In this document: positions 9,333-21,025 of the stretch, piece after piece | How positions within the stretch are numbered: position 1 is the stretch's first letter | Layout: every line of letters starts with the position of its first letter | Source: Escherichia coli | GTDB lineage: Bacteria; Pseudomonadota; Gammaproteobacteria; Enterobacterales; Enterobacteriaceae | Length of the DNA stretch: 64,000 nt | Assembly (NCBI RefSeq): GCF_044324785.1 | Contig: NZ_CP172127.1 | Strand: one strand, 5' to 3' | Program-made: the position numbers and the translations under genes | The notes under the pieces: model-generated | What the model saw: only the letters and a program-made list of their open reading frames with translations | What the model was told of the DNA's origin: nothing | Database searches by the model: none

Positions 9333-11696
9333 ATGAAAACGCTGAAAAACTGGACCCTGCACAAACAGTCTGCCCACCACGTTGAACTGCTGGTCGATGG
9401 CCAGCATATCCTGTGCCTGTACGTGCTGGAAGAAAATCTGTTCCGCGTGCTGTTAAAACGCAAAGGCGAGCTGGCGCTGGATCGCACCTGGAGCATTGCT
9501 CCGGCGCAGGATGTGCCATGGGAAGGGCGCAGCCGCGAAGATCTCAGCGGCTTTAGCCTGCCCGCGTGGACATTGATCCAGCACGACGACACCGTGGTTA
9601 TCGCCACCGAGTCACTGCGTGTCACCGTTCACCAGCCGCTGTGGCTGGAGTGGCACTATCGTAACAACGAAGGCGAATGGCTGCCGTTGGTGAATGACCG
9701 CCCGACCAGCGCTTATCTGCTGAATGCCCACGGCGATGGCGTGGCACACTATCAGAGCCGTCGTAAAGATGAACGCTTTTATGGCCTCGGAGATAAAGCC
9801 GGCGACCTGCAACGCAACGGTAAACGTTACGAGATGCGTAACCTCGACGCGATGGGCTACAACGCCGTTAGTACTGACCCGCTGTACAAACACATTCCAT
9901 TCACCATCACCCGCCGCGATGACATTAGCTTCGGCCTGTTTTATGACAACCTCAGCAGCTGCTGGCTGGATCTGGGCAACGAGATCGACAACTACCACAC
10001 CGCCTATCGCCGCTGGCAGGCGGAAGCGGGTGATATCGACTACTACCTGTTTACCGGCGAACGCGTACTTGATATCACCAAAGCCTTCGTACGCCTGACC
10101 GGAAAAACCCTGTTCGGACCGAAATGGAGCCTGGGCTACAGCGGTTCAACTATGCACTACACCGATGCGCCGGACGCACAAAATCAGTTGATGAACTTTA
10201 TCCGCCTGTGTGAAGAACATGCAATTCCCTGCGATTCGTTCCAGCTCTCTTCCGGTTATACCTCAATTAACGGCAAACGCTATGTGTTCAACTGGAACTA
10301 CGACAAAGTGCCGCAGCCGAAAGTGATGAGCCAGGCATTTCACAATGCTGGTTTGCACCTGGCCGCCAATATCAAGCCGTGCCTGTTGCAGGATCACCCA
10401 CGCTATAACGAAGTGGCAGAAAGAGGACTGTTCATCCGTGATTCAGAAACAGATGAACCAGAACGTTCCAGCTTCTGGGATGACGAAGGTTCTAACCTCG
10501 ACTTTACTAATCCGCAGACCATCCAGTGGTGGCAGGAAGGCGTGACCACACAGCTTCTGGAGATGGGTATCGACTCCACCTGGAACGACAACAACGAATT
10601 CGAAGTATGGGACGGTGAAGCACGCTGTCACGGCTTTGGTCAGACGATCGCGATCAAACATATTCGCCCAGTGATGCCACTGCTGATGATGCGAGCCTCG
10701 ATGGAAGCCCAGCAGCGTTTCGCTCCGGAAAAACGTCCGTACTTGATCTCCCGCTCCGGCTGCGCGGGAATGCAGCGCTACGTGCAGACCTGGAGTGGCG
10801 ATAACCGCACTAGCTGGGACACTCTGCGCTACAACACCCGCATGGGTCTGGGGATGAGCCTCTCCGGGTTGTATAACCTCGGTCACGACGTCGGCGGTTT
10901 CTCCGGTGATAAACCGGACCCGGAACTGTTTGTACGCTGGGTACAAAACGGCGTGATGCATCCGCGCTTTACGATTCACTCATGGAACGATGACCATACC
11001 GTAAACGAACCGTGGATGTATCCGGGCGTCACTCCGGCGATCCGCAGCGCTATTGAGTTGCGCTATCGCCTGCTGCCCTACTTTTATACCCTGATGTGGC
11101 AGGCATACGCCGATGATGAACCAATGCTACGTCCGACTTTCCTTGACCACGAGCACGACGTTCAGACTTTTGAAGAGTGTGATGACTTCCTGCTTGGTCG
11201 CGATATTTTGGTTGCCAGCGTCGTAGAGCAAGGCGAGCGCCAGCGCCGTGTATGGCTGCCAGATAACGAAACTGGCTGGTACGATTTCTACAACGGCGAA
11301 TGGTTCAGTGGCGGTCAGTGGATCACCCTCGACGCACCGCTGGAGAAACTGCCGCTGATGGTGCGTGCCGGGGCTGGTCTACCGCTCAGCAAACGCATCA
11401 CCTATGTGAGCGCAGAACAAGACGATACCCGCGAACTGAAACTGTTCCCGCTGAAAGGTGTGGGCACAACGTCCGGCCTGCTGTTTGAAGACGATGGCGA
11501 AAGCTGGGGCTACCAAACTGGTAATGCGCTTTGGGTGGAATGGGAAATGGTTTGCGATGGGGCGACCATCAACCTGAAAGTCAACGCGCGCGGGGATTAT
11601 CGTCCTGCATGGAGTGCACTGAAAGTGTCATTACCATTGGAAGAAAAACGCACGCTGCTGGTCAATGGTGTTGAAGGGAGTGAATGGATGCGTTAA
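9333..11696 (+). CDS. glycoside hydrolase family 31 (alpha-glycosidase), specificity unknown
   Basis: ORF 9321..11696 (GTG at 9321 or ATG at 9333); GH31 motifs GIDSTWNDNNE (nucleophile region) and RSGCAGMQRYVQTWSGDNRTSW (acid/base region). Confidence 0.8.
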   Translation: MKTLKNWTLHKQSAHHVELLVDGQHILCLYVLEENLFRVLLKRKGELALDRTWSIAPAQDVPWEGRSREDLSGFSLPAWTLIQHDDTVVIATESLRVTVHQPLWLEWHYRNNEGEWLPLVNDRPTSAYLLNAHGDGVAHYQSRRKDERFYGLGDKAGDLQRNGKRYEMRNLDAMGYNAVSTDPLYKHIPFTITRRDDISFGLFYDNLSSCWLDLGNEIDNYHTAYRRWQAEAGDIDYYLFTGERVLDITKAFVRLTGKTLFGPKWSLGYSGSTMHYTDAPDAQNQLMNFIRLCEEHAIPCDSFQLSSGYTSINGKRYVFNWNYDKVPQPKVMSQAFHNAGLHLAANIKPCLLQDHPRYNEVAERGLFIRDSETDEPERSSFWDDEGSNLDFTNPQTIQWWQEGVTTQLLEMGIDSTWNDNNEFEVWDGEARCHGFGQTIAIKHIRPVMPLLMMRASMEAQQRFAPEKRPYLISRSGCAGMQRYVQTWSGDNRTSWDTLRYNTRMGLGMSLSGLYNLGHDVGGFSGDKPDPELFVRWVQNGVMHPRFTIHSWNDDHTVNEPWMYPGVTPAIRSAIELRYRLLPYFYTLMWQAYADDEPMLRPTFLDHEHDVQTFEECDDFLLGRDILVASVVEQGERQRRVWLPDNETGWYDFYNGEWFSGGQWITLDAPLEKLPLMVRAGAGLPLSKRITYVSAEQDDTRELKLFPLKGVGTTSGLLFEDDGESWGYQTGNALWVEWEMVCDGATINLKVNARGDYRPAWSALKVSLPLEEKRTLLVNGVEGSEWMR

Positions 11697-11875
11697 ATCA
11701 TTACCGGGGCCGGGAGGCGACTGCACCTTACCCGGTCCAGCCATCGAATCCTTTACCTCAGTATTTCACGCTGCAGGAAGGCAGCAAACCTGTAAACCCC
11801 GGGAGCTTAAATAAGTAAGTGACCGGGGTGAACAGGTGAAGCCAATGCATCTGCCGCATGAAAGACGGCGGGGAA

Positions 11876-13471
11876 TTAACCGTCGATCCCTTTACTACGC
11901 AGGTAATCTTCGTAATTACCGCTAAAGTCAATAACGCGTTCCGGGGTGATTTCCAGAATGCGGGTCGCCAGGGAGCTTACGAACTCACGGTCGTGTGAAA
12001 CAAAGATCAGCGTGCCCTGATACAGTTCCAGCGCCATGTTCAGCGACTCGATGGATTCCATATCCAGGTGGTTGGTCGGTTCGTCCATGATCAGAATGTT
12101 CGGCTTCTGCATCATTAACTTACCAAACAGCATCCGCCCTTTTTCCCCACCGGAAAGCACTTTCGCTGGTTTTTTGATGTCGTCCTGGCTGAACAGCAAA
12201 CGACCGAGAATGCTGCGTACCGCCTGCTCGTCATCGCCTTCCTGCTTCCACTGGCTCATCCATTCGAACACGGTCAGATCATTTTCAAACTCATATTCGT
12301 GGTCCTGAGCATAGTAACCAATGCGCGCGTTTTCAGACCATTTTACGGTGCCGCTGTCCGGTTGCAGATCGCCCACCAGCGTTTTCAGCAGCGTTGATTT
12401 ACCGACGCCGTTGGTACCCAGTACCGCAAGTTTTTCACCGACCTCCAGCAGCAGGTTGAGATTTTTAAACAGTGGACCGTTATCAAACCCTTTGGTCAGA
12501 CCTTCCACTTCCAGCGCGTTACGGAACAGTTTCTTATCCTGTTCAAAACGGATGAACGGGTTCTGACGGCTGGAGGCTTTCACCTCTTCCAGTTTGATTT
12601 TATCAATCTGGCGCGCGCGCGAAGTTGCCTGGCGAGATTTCGAGGCGTTGGCGCTAAAGCGGCTAACGAAAGATTGCAGCTCAGCAATCTGCGCTTTCTT
12701 CTTGGCGTTATCAGCCAGCAGACGTTCACGCGCCTGGGTCGCCGCCGTCATGTACTCATCGTAGTTGCCCGGATAAACGCGCAGCTCGCCGTAATCCAGA
12801 TCCGCCATATGGGTACAAACCATGTTAAGGAAGTGACGGTCGTGCGAGATGATGATCATGGTGCTGTCACGCTCGTTCAGCACCTGTTCCAGCCAACGAA
12901 TGGTGTCGATGTCGAGGTTGTTGGTCGGTTCGTCGAGCAGGAGAATGTCTGGATCAGCAAAAAGCGCCTGTGCCAGCAGCACACGCAGCTTCCAGCCAGG
13001 AGCAACTTCACTCATCGGGCCGTAGTGCTGTTCCACTGGAATTCCCACGCCAAGCAACAATTCACCGGCGCGAGCTTCCGCAGAGTAACCGTCCATTTCG
13101 CCGTATTTCACTTCCAGATCGGCCACTTTATAGCCGTCTTCTTCACTCATTTCCGGCAAAGCATAGATGCGGTCACGCTCCTGCTTCACTTCCCACAACT
13201 CTTTATGCCCCATGATCACCGTATCCAGCACAGTGAACTCTTCAAAGGCAAACTGATCCTGACGCAGCTTACCAATGCGCTCGTTGGGATCGAGGGAAAC
13301 GTTACCCAACGTCGGCTCTAAGTCGCCGCCGAGGATCTTCATAAAGGTGGATTTACCACTACCGTTCGCGCCAATCAGGCCGTAACGGTTGCCGCCGCCA
13401 AATTTGACGGAAATGTTTTCAAACAACGGCTTACTGCCGAACTGCATGGTGACGTTACTGGAAACTAACAC
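11876..13471 (-). CDS. ybiT: ABC-F family ATPase (tandem ABC domains) YbiT
   Basis: 531 aa; two Walker A motifs ([18 protein letters not shown]) and ABC signature motifs. Confidence 0.9.
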   Translation of the reverse strand: MLVSSNVTMQFGSKPLFENISVKFGGGNRYGLIGANGSGKSTFMKILGGDLEPTLGNVSLDPNERIGKLRQDQFAFEEFTVLDTVIMGHKELWEVKQERDRIYALPEMSEEDGYKVADLEVKYGEMDGYSAEARAGELLLGVGIPVEQHYGPMSEVAPGWKLRVLLAQALFADPDILLLDEPTNNLDIDTIRWLEQVLNERDSTMIIISHDRHFLNMVCTHMADLDYGELRVYPGNYDEYMTAATQARERLLADNAKKKAQIAELQSFVSRFSANASKSRQATSRARQIDKIKLEEVKASSRQNPFIRFEQDKKLFRNALEVEGLTKGFDNGPLFKNLNLLLEVGEKLAVLGTNGVGKSTLLKTLVGDLQPDSGTVKWSENARIGYYAQDHEYEFENDLTVFEWMSQWKQEGDDEQAVRSILGRLLFSQDDIKKPAKVLSGGEKGRMLFGKLMMQKPNILIMDEPTNHLDMESIESLNMALELYQGTLIFVSHDREFVSSLATRILEITPERVIDFSGNYEDYLRSKGIDG

Positions 13472-13689
13472 AGGCGTATCCTGAAAAGAGATATGACAAA
13501 CCGCGCATTATGCCATAAGTCTGAAAGAAGATCCTGCTCCTCGCTTAAGGTCTACACTCAAGCCAAAGGCAAAAAATGTGATTTCGTACACATCTGATTT
13601 CACTGTGAGCTGGAATGAACTTATAATGCGCTTCCAATACTCTAATATTCTCAACCCAATGGCCTGCCAGGCACAAAATCTCGCTTAAC

Positions 13690-14610
13690 ATGAATATGAA
13701 ATTGAAAACATTATTCGCAGCGGCCTTCGCTGTTGTCGGCTTTTGCAGTACCGCCTCTGCGGTAACTTATCCTCTGCCAACCGACGGGAGTCGCCTGGTT
13801 GGTCAGAATCAGGTGATCACCATTCCTGAAGGTAACACTCAGCCGCTGGAGTATTTTGCCGCCGAGTACCAGATGGGGCTTTCCAATATGATGGAAGCGA
13901 ACCCCGGTGTGGATACCTTCCTGCCGAAAGGCGGTACTGTACTGAACATTCCGCAGCAGCTGATCCTGCCGGATACCGTTCATGAAGGCATCGTCATTAA
14001 CAGTGCAGAGATGCGTCTGTATTACTATCCGAAAGGAACCAACACTGTTATCGTGCTGCCGATCGGCATTGGTCAGTTAGGCAAAGACACGCCTATCAAC
14101 TGGACCACCAAAGTTGAGCGTAAAAAAGCAGGCCCGACCTGGACGCCGACCGCCAAAATGCACGCAGAGTACCGCGCTGCGGGCGAACCGCTTCCGGCTG
14201 TCGTTCCGGCAGGTCCGGATAACCCGATGGGTCTGTATGCACTCTACATCGGTCGCCTGTACGCTATCCATGGCACCAACGCCAACTTCGGTATCGGCCT
14301 GCGTGTAAGTCATGGCTGTGTGCGTCTGCGTAACGAAGACATTAAATTCCTGTTCGAGAAAGTGCCTGTCGGTACTCGCGTGCAGTTTATTGATGAGCCG
14401 GTGAAAGCGACTACCGAACCAGACGGCAGCCGTTACATTGAAGTCCATAACCCGCTGTCTACCACCGAAGCCCAGTTTGAAGGTCAGGAAATTGTGCCAA
14501 TTACCCTGACGAAGAGCGTGCAGACAGTGACCGGTCAGCCAGATGTTGATCAGGTTGTTCTGGATGAAGCGATCAAAAATCGTTCCGGGATGCCGGTTCG
14601 TCTGAATTAA
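13690..14610 (+). CDS. ldtB: L,D-transpeptidase LdtB (YbiS)
   Basis: 306 aa; signal peptide; catalytic motif [20 protein letters not shown]. Confidence 0.9.
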
Positions 14611-14630
14611 TCGTCAAAACGTAAAACAGA

Positions 14631-14659
14631 GGCGGACTCATCATCCGCCTTTTTTATTT
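14631..14659 (+). terminator. rho-independent terminator between convergent ldtB and ybiR
   Basis: Hairpin ggcggactcatcatccgcc followed by ttttttatttg. Confidence 0.7.
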
Positions 14660-14667
14660 GCCAGACC

Positions 14668-15786
14668 CTACCAGGCCGGGATCATAACCAACAAAACGTA
14701 TCCCACCAGCGCCGCCCACAACAGCATCGGTATTGAATAGAGATGGAAACGCCACCAGATACGGCGATCGTTCGCCATCCGTAACGCAATCAAATTTGCC
14801 AGCGATCCGGGTAATAAACCAAAGCCACCTACGTTAACCGCCCATGCCAGCAGCAACGACGGCGGCACATAATTGAGCAGCAAAATGGTACTCGGCACGT
14901 TACTGATCACCTGCGATAAACCGATTGCCGTTAACCATAACCCGGGTTCAGATAAATGACTCACGTTACCCAACACACCTTGCAACGCTGGAAGCTGGGT
15001 CAGTAAATGGACGTCGATAAACATCGCCATAAACACCAGCAGCAGCGTCCAGTCCACACTCAACACCACGCGACGTGCCAGCAGCGCAAAGCCCGCCGCC
15101 ACAATCACCAGTCCCCACAGCTCTTGTTTTAACTCCAGCGCCGTCAGAAAGACGATATACAGCCCCAGACAACTCCACACCAGCCGCGGTTTCCACTCCG
15201 GAGTTTGCACCCCCGTATGGTATTGGAGTGCCTTTCCAGGGAAACAACACCAGCACAGGAGCAGGAGCGTCAGCATCATTGCGCCAGCCAGTGGTGCCAT
15301 TTGGGCAATAAATCCGGCAAACGAAAGACCAGAACGTCCCCAGATAAGAATATTTTGCGGGTTGCCAATTGGCGTCAGTAGCGAACCAGCGTTGACTGCC
15401 AGCGCCTCAAAAATAATCAGCCGATTAACCGGGATCTCACACAGTCTTTTGAGCGTGATAGTCAGCGGAACAACTATAAACAGCGCGACATCGTTGGTCA
15501 GAAAGGTAGAAAGCAGCGCCGCCGCCAGCACCATAAACATCGCCAGCCGACGCTCCGTAGCAAAGCGGCGCACCATTTTGCGCCCCAGCACATCAAAATA
15601 ACCGCTTAGCTCCACACCTTTAGTCAGCAGCATCAGGCCGCTTAAGGTGATGATGGTGTGCCAGTCGATAGCAGCAGGCCAGGATTTCGGTGCAAAGGGA
15701 ACAAAAAAACTTAATCCGATGCCAACAAGAATTAATAACTGAAAAAAACGATCGCCTTGCAGCGTGCGTAAAAAAGGCAGGCTCAT
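14668..15786 (-). CDS. ybiR: inner membrane transporter YbiR (anion permease family)
   Basis: 372 aa polytopic membrane protein recognised as YbiR. Confidence 0.9.
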
Positions 15787-16250
15787 TTGGCACCGTGTTT
15801 CTGGGTAAACAAACGAAAGGCATCCAGCGTCTCTTCACTAACATGGTGCTCCATGCCTTCCGCGTCGCGACGGGCGATTTCCGGACTGACGCCCAACACC
15901 AACAAGAAATTTTCGACTATCTGATGTCGCTCGCGGCTTTCCTGCGCCAGTTTCTCTCCTTCTGCCGTTAAAAACACGCCACGCCAGGGGATCATTTCAA
16001 TCAGCCCCATGGTTGCCAGCCGCTTAAGCATTTTCGCCACCGTCGGTTGCGAAACCCCCAGACGAGCAGCCATGTCCACCTGACGAGCTTCCCCCACTTC
16101 CCTGATCAAGTCAGAAATCAGCTCAACGTAATCATCAATAAGCTCGCGCCGATGCGCCTCTCTGACCTGGCGGAACCCTTCAACGTGCTCTTCCACGTTC
16201 ACTAACTGCGTCACTTTTTTTGCTGTTGGCGTACCTGCGCGACGACTCAT
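15783..16250 (-). CDS. mntR: manganese-responsive transcriptional regulator MntR
   Basis: 155 aa DtxR-family sequence recognised as MntR; 4-bp overlap with ybiR. Confidence 0.9.
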
Positions 16251-16351
16251 TGTGCTTCCTCATTATGGTGACGCATACCTAGCGTTCTCATTTCGTGCGC
16301 ACATTGTAAACCAGAGTTGCGAAGGTACAAAAAATTAACGTTTTAGCAATA

Positions 16352-16380
16352 GCTATATAATATAGCCTGTGCTATATCTG
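16352..16380. promoter_or_regulatory. candidate MntR operator in the mntS promoter region
   Basis: Near-palindrome gctatataatatagc plus adjacent gctatatctg upstream of mntS; resembles MntR box half-sites (TAGC/GCTAT). Confidence 0.4.
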
Positions 16381-16435
16381 TATGTAATGCAATCATCCCT
16401 CAAGGATCGACGGGATTAGCAAGTCAGGAGGTCTT

Positions 16436-16564
16436 ATGAATGAGTTCAAGAGGTGTATGCGCGTGTTTAGTCATTCTCCCTTTAAAGTACGGTTAATGCT
16501 GCTCTCTATGTTGTGCGATATGGTCAACAACAAACCGCAGCAAGATAAACCTTCCGATAAATAG
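16436..16564 (+). CDS. mntS: small protein MntS (42 aa)
   Basis: Translation MNEFKRCMRVFSHSPFKVRLMLLSMLCDMVNNKPQQDKPSDK read by hand; absent from the ORF track (<60 aa); SD-like AGGAGG upstream. Confidence 0.8.
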   Translation: MNEFKRCMRVFSHSPFKVRLMLLSMLCDMVNNKPQQDKPSDK

Positions 16565-16835
16565 CGGCGTCGCGGTACGCCGCTTCACTCCTGCTTTTAT
16601 GCAGGCACAACGCGTTTTGGTCTGAAAAACCCCACTTTTTGTCGGATTTGCAATCCCCTTCGCAAAAGATTTGTTCGTCAGTAGTTGACCTGAACGGCGG
16701 CTCGCTCTATCTTCTTGCAGCCCTGCGTATATTGCGGCTCGCGGATGCGGACCCCTTTCCCCTCTTCACGCACTCTTGCAGGTATTGACCCTTGACGCCA
16801 GGGTAAGCACATGGCGTTTGTTACGATAGTGGCAT

Positions 16836-18419
16836 ATGAATTTAACCCTCAAAGAATCGCTTGTTACCCGTAGCCGGGTATTTAGCCCGTGGACTGCGTT
16901 CTACTTTTTACAGTCGCTATTAATTAACCTCGGCTTAGGTTATCCCTTCAGTTTGCTCTACACCGCTGCGTTTACGGCTATTTTGCTTTTGCTATGGCGA
17001 ACATTGCCTCGCGTACAAAAAGTTCTGGTCGGTGTCAGTTCGCTGGTGGCGGCTTGTTATTTCCCTTTTGCTCAGGCCTACGGCGCGCCTAATTTCAATA
17101 CATTGCTGGCATTGCACTCCACCAATATGGAAGAGTCGACCGAAATCCTGACGATTTTTCCGTGGTACAGCTACCTGGTCGGCTTATTTATTTTTGCGCT
17201 CGGCGTAATAGCAATCAGGCGAAAAAAAGAGAATGAAAAAGCGCGCTGGAATACCTTCGACAGCCTGTGTCTGGTATTCAGTGTGGCGACATTTTTTGTT
17301 GCTCCCGTGCAAAACCTGGCCTGGGGCGGCGTATTTAAACTGAAAGATACTGGCTATCCGGTATTTCGTTTTGCTAAGGATGTCATCGTCAATAATAACG
17401 AGGTGATTGAAGAGCAAGAACGGATGGCAAAACTGTCCGGAATGAAAGATACCTGGACGGTCACTGCCGTTAAGCCGAAATATCAGACTTATGTGGTGGT
17501 GATCGGTGAAAGCGCGCGTCGCGATGCCCTCGGTGCCTTTGGCGGTCACTGGGACAATACCCCGTTTGCCAGCAGCGTTAACGGTTTGATATTTGCTGAC
17601 TACATTGCCGCCAGTGGCTCCACGCAGAAATCGCTTGGCTTAACGCTCAATCGCGTAGTCGATGGCAAACCACAGTTTCAGGATAACTTTGTCACCCTGG
17701 CAAATCGCGCGGGCTTCCAGACCTGGTGGTTTTCCAACCAGGGCCAAATCGGCGAATACGATACCGCCATCGCCAGCATCGCCAAACGTGCAGATGAAGT
17801 GTACTTCCTGAAAGAAGGTAATTTTGAAGCAGATAAAAACACGAAAGACGAAGCGTTACTGGATATGACCGCTCAAGTGCTGGCACAAGAGCACTCGCAA
17901 CCGCGGCTGATTGTTCTACATCTGATGGGCTCACATCCGCAGGCCTGCGACCGGACACAAGGCAAATACGAAACCTTTGTGCAATCGAAAGAAACGTCGT
18001 GCTATCTCTATACCATGACGCAAACGGACGATTTACTGCGCAAGCTGTACGATCAGTTACGCAACAGCGGCAGCAGCTTCTCGCTGGTTTACTTTTCTGA
18101 CCACGGTCTGGCTTTTAAAGAGCGCGGCAAAGACGTGCAATACCTTGCCCATGATGATAAGTATCAGCAAAATTTCCAGGTGCCTTTTATGGTCATTTCG
18201 AGCGACGATAAAGCGCATCGGGTGATTAAAGCCCGCCGCTCAGCCAATGACTTCTTAGGTTTTTTCTCCCAGTGGACGGGAATTAAAGCGAAGGAAATTA
18301 ACATCAAATACCCGTTTATATCTGAGAAGAAAGCCGGGCCGATATACATCACCAACTTCCAGTTACAGAAGGTAGATTACAACCATCTCGGAACCGATAT
18401 TTTCGACCCGAAACCTTAA
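16836..18419 (+). CDS. opgE: phosphoethanolamine transferase OpgE (YbiP)
   Basis: 527 aa; N-terminal membrane domain plus sulfatase-like domain. Confidence 0.9.
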   Translation: MNLTLKESLVTRSRVFSPWTAFYFLQSLLINLGLGYPFSLLYTAAFTAILLLLWRTLPRVQKVLVGVSSLVAACYFPFAQAYGAPNFNTLLALHSTNMEESTEILTIFPWYSYLVGLFIFALGVIAIRRKKENEKARWNTFDSLCLVFSVATFFVAPVQNLAWGGVFKLKDTGYPVFRFAKDVIVNNNEVIEEQERMAKLSGMKDTWTVTAVKPKYQTYVVVIGESARRDALGAFGGHWDNTPFASSVNGLIFADYIAASGSTQKSLGLTLNRVVDGKPQFQDNFVTLANRAGFQTWWFSNQGQIGEYDTAIASIAKRADEVYFLKEGNFEADKNTKDEALLDMTAQVLAQEHSQPRLIVLHLMGSHPQACDRTQGKYETFVQSKETSCYLYTMTQTDDLLRKLYDQLRNSGSSFSLVYFSDHGLAFKERGKDVQYLAHDDKYQQNFQVPFMVISSDDKAHRVIKARRSANDFLGFFSQWTGIKAKEINIKYPFISEKKAGPIYITNFQLQKVDYNHLGTDIFDPKP

Positions 18420-18427
18420 AAACAAAA

Positions 18428-18453
18428 ATCCGCCCCGAGAGGCGGATTTTTTA
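18428..18453. terminator. bidirectional rho-independent terminator between convergent opgE and ompX
   Basis: Hairpin atccgccccgagaggcggat flanked by an A-run and a T-run. Confidence 0.75.
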
Positions 18454-18467
18454 TATCACCGAAGTGA

Positions 18468-18983
18468 TTAGAAGCGGTAACCAACACCGGCAATCCAGGT
18501 GCCTACGTCAACGCTACGAATACGGCTCTGCTCGTAAGAGAAGTCCAGAGCAACGTTTTCCATCGGGTTGAACTGCAGACCAGCACCGTAGGAGAAACCG
18601 TAGTCGCTGGTGTCGTGTTTGTAGGTCGGGTATTCAGTGGTCTGGAATTTACCATAACCCACACCCACTACACCGTAGATGCTTGCCCAGTCGTTAATGC
18701 GGTAAGCCGGACCAGCAGTGATGCCGTAGTACTGGTTTTTGTTGTAGTCACCAGAGCTTGCAGTACGGCTTTTCTCGGTGTAAGTGAAAGAACCGATCAC
18801 ACCCAGCGGGCTGTTGTCTTCTTCATAGCGGTATTTCAGGTTGAAACCGCCCATTTTGTTCATTTGGCCCTGAGCGTCGCTCTGTGCGTAACCGCCAGTT
18901 ACGGTAGAAGTCGCAGCTACGGAAGTACCTGCGGTGAAAGCCAGAACTGCGGCCAGTGCTGAAAGACATGCAATTTTTTTCAT
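18468..18983 (-). CDS. ompX: outer membrane protein OmpX
   Basis: Start MKKIACLS at 18983 (171 aa); beta-barrel ending in terminal F. Confidence 0.9.
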   Translation of the reverse strand: MKKIACLSALAAVLAFTAGTSVAATSTVTGGYAQSDAQGQMNKMGGFNLKYRYEEDNSPLGVIGSFTYTEKSRTASSGDYNKNQYYGITAGPAYRINDWASIYGVVGVGYGKFQTTEYPTYKHDTSDYGFSYGAGLQFNPMENVALDFSYEQSRIRSVDVGTWIAGVGYRF

Positions 18984-19335
18984 AACCACCTCAAATGTGA
19001 TTCAAATAAGTCCTAAGTTTTAAATATATCAAAAATTAATGGGAAACTCTTCGCGATTTGTGATGTCTAACGGGCCATTTCATGTAACAGAACGTTTCCA
19101 TACACCGCTATCCATCTAAATTTAAATCACTTTTTCAGAGAACTGCGTAAGTATTACGCATGTTTTCCCTGTCATTCATCCAGATTATTCCTAATCACCA
19201 GACTAATGATTCCATCAATCCTGGCGCATTTTAGTCAAAACGGGGGAAAATTTTTTCAACAAATGCTCAACCAGCATTGGGTATATCCAGTACACTCCAC
19301 GCTTTACTTAAGTCTAGATATTTGTGGGAGAAAGG

Positions 19336-20223
19336 ATGCCTGGTTCATTACGTAAAATGCCGGTCTGGTTACCAATAGTCATATTGCTCGTTGCCATGGC
19401 GTCTATTCAGGGTGGAGCCTCGTTAGCTAAGTCACTTTTTCCTCTGGTGGGCGCACCGGGTGTCACTGCGCTACGTCTGGCATTAGGAACGCTGATCCTC
19501 ATCGCGTTCTTTAAGCCATGGCGACTGCGCTTTGCCAAAGAGCAGCGGTTACCGCTGTTGTTTTACGGCGTTTCGCTGGGTGGGATGAATTATCTTTTTT
19601 ATCTTTCTATTCAGACAGTACCGCTGGGTATTGCGGTGGCGCTGGAGTTCACCGGACCACTGGCGGTGGCGCTGTTCTCTTCTCGTCGCCCGGTAGATTT
19701 CGTCTGGGTTGTTCTGGCGGTTCTTGGTCTGTGGTTCCTGCTACCGCTGGGGCAAGACGTTTCCCATGTCGATTTAACCGGCTGTGCGCTGGCTCTGGGG
19801 GCCGGGGCTTGTTGGGCTATTTACATTTTAAGTGGGCAACGCGCAGGAGCGGAACATGGCCCTGCGACGGTGGCAATTGGTTCGTTGATTGCAGCGTTAA
19901 TTTTCGTGCCAATTGGAGCGCTTCAGGCTGGTGAAGCACTCTGGCACTGGTCGGTTATTCCATTGGGTCTGGCGGTCGCTATTCTCTCGACCGCTCTGCC
20001 TTATTCGCTGGAAATGATTGCCCTCACCCGTTTGCCAACACGGACATTTGGTACGCTGATGAGCATGGAACCGGCGCTGGCTGCCGTTTCCGGGATGATT
20101 TTCCTCGGAGAAACACTGACACCCATACAGCTGCTGGCGCTCGGCGCTATCATCGCCGCTTCAATGGGGTCTACGCTGACAGTACGCAAAGAGAGCAAAA
20201 TAAAAGAATTAGACATTAATTAA
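19336..20223 (+). CDS. rhtA: threonine/homoserine exporter RhtA (DMT family)
   Basis: ORF 19324..20223; start MPGSLRKMPVWL at 19336 (295 aa). Confidence 0.85.
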   Translation: MPGSLRKMPVWLPIVILLVAMASIQGGASLAKSLFPLVGAPGVTALRLALGTLILIAFFKPWRLRFAKEQRLPLLFYGVSLGGMNYLFYLSIQTVPLGIAVALEFTGPLAVALFSSRRPVDFVWVVLAVLGLWFLLPLGQDVSHVDLTGCALALGAGACWAIYILSGQRAGAEHGPATVAIGSLIAALIFVPIGALQAGEALWHWSVIPLGLAVAILSTALPYSLEMIALTRLPTRTFGTLMSMEPALAAVSGMIFLGETLTPIQLLALGAIIAASMGSTLTVRKESKIKELDIN

Positions 20224-20231
20224 ATTTACAT

Positions 20232-20268
20232 TTCTGCATGGTTATGCATAACCATGCAGAATTTCTCG
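20232..20268 (+). terminator. perfect 30-bp palindrome plus T-rich tract after rhtA
   Basis: ttctgcatggttatg/cataaccatgcagaa is exactly self-complementary and is followed by tttctcg. Confidence 0.6.
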
Positions 20269-20377
20269 CTACTTTTCCTCTACACCGTCTTTATATATCG
20301 AATTATGCAAAAGCATATTTATTCCGAAAATTCCTGGCGAGCCAATAAATAAGAATTGTTCTTATCAATATAACTAA

Positions 20378-21025
<648 letters not shown>

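Noticed and set aside
11697-11875. Short GC-rich inverted repeats (ccggggccgg, ccccggg/ccgggg) between the GH31 gene and ybiT as possible island end repeats
   Set aside because: Too short and imperfect to call as insertion boundaries without a comparison genome.
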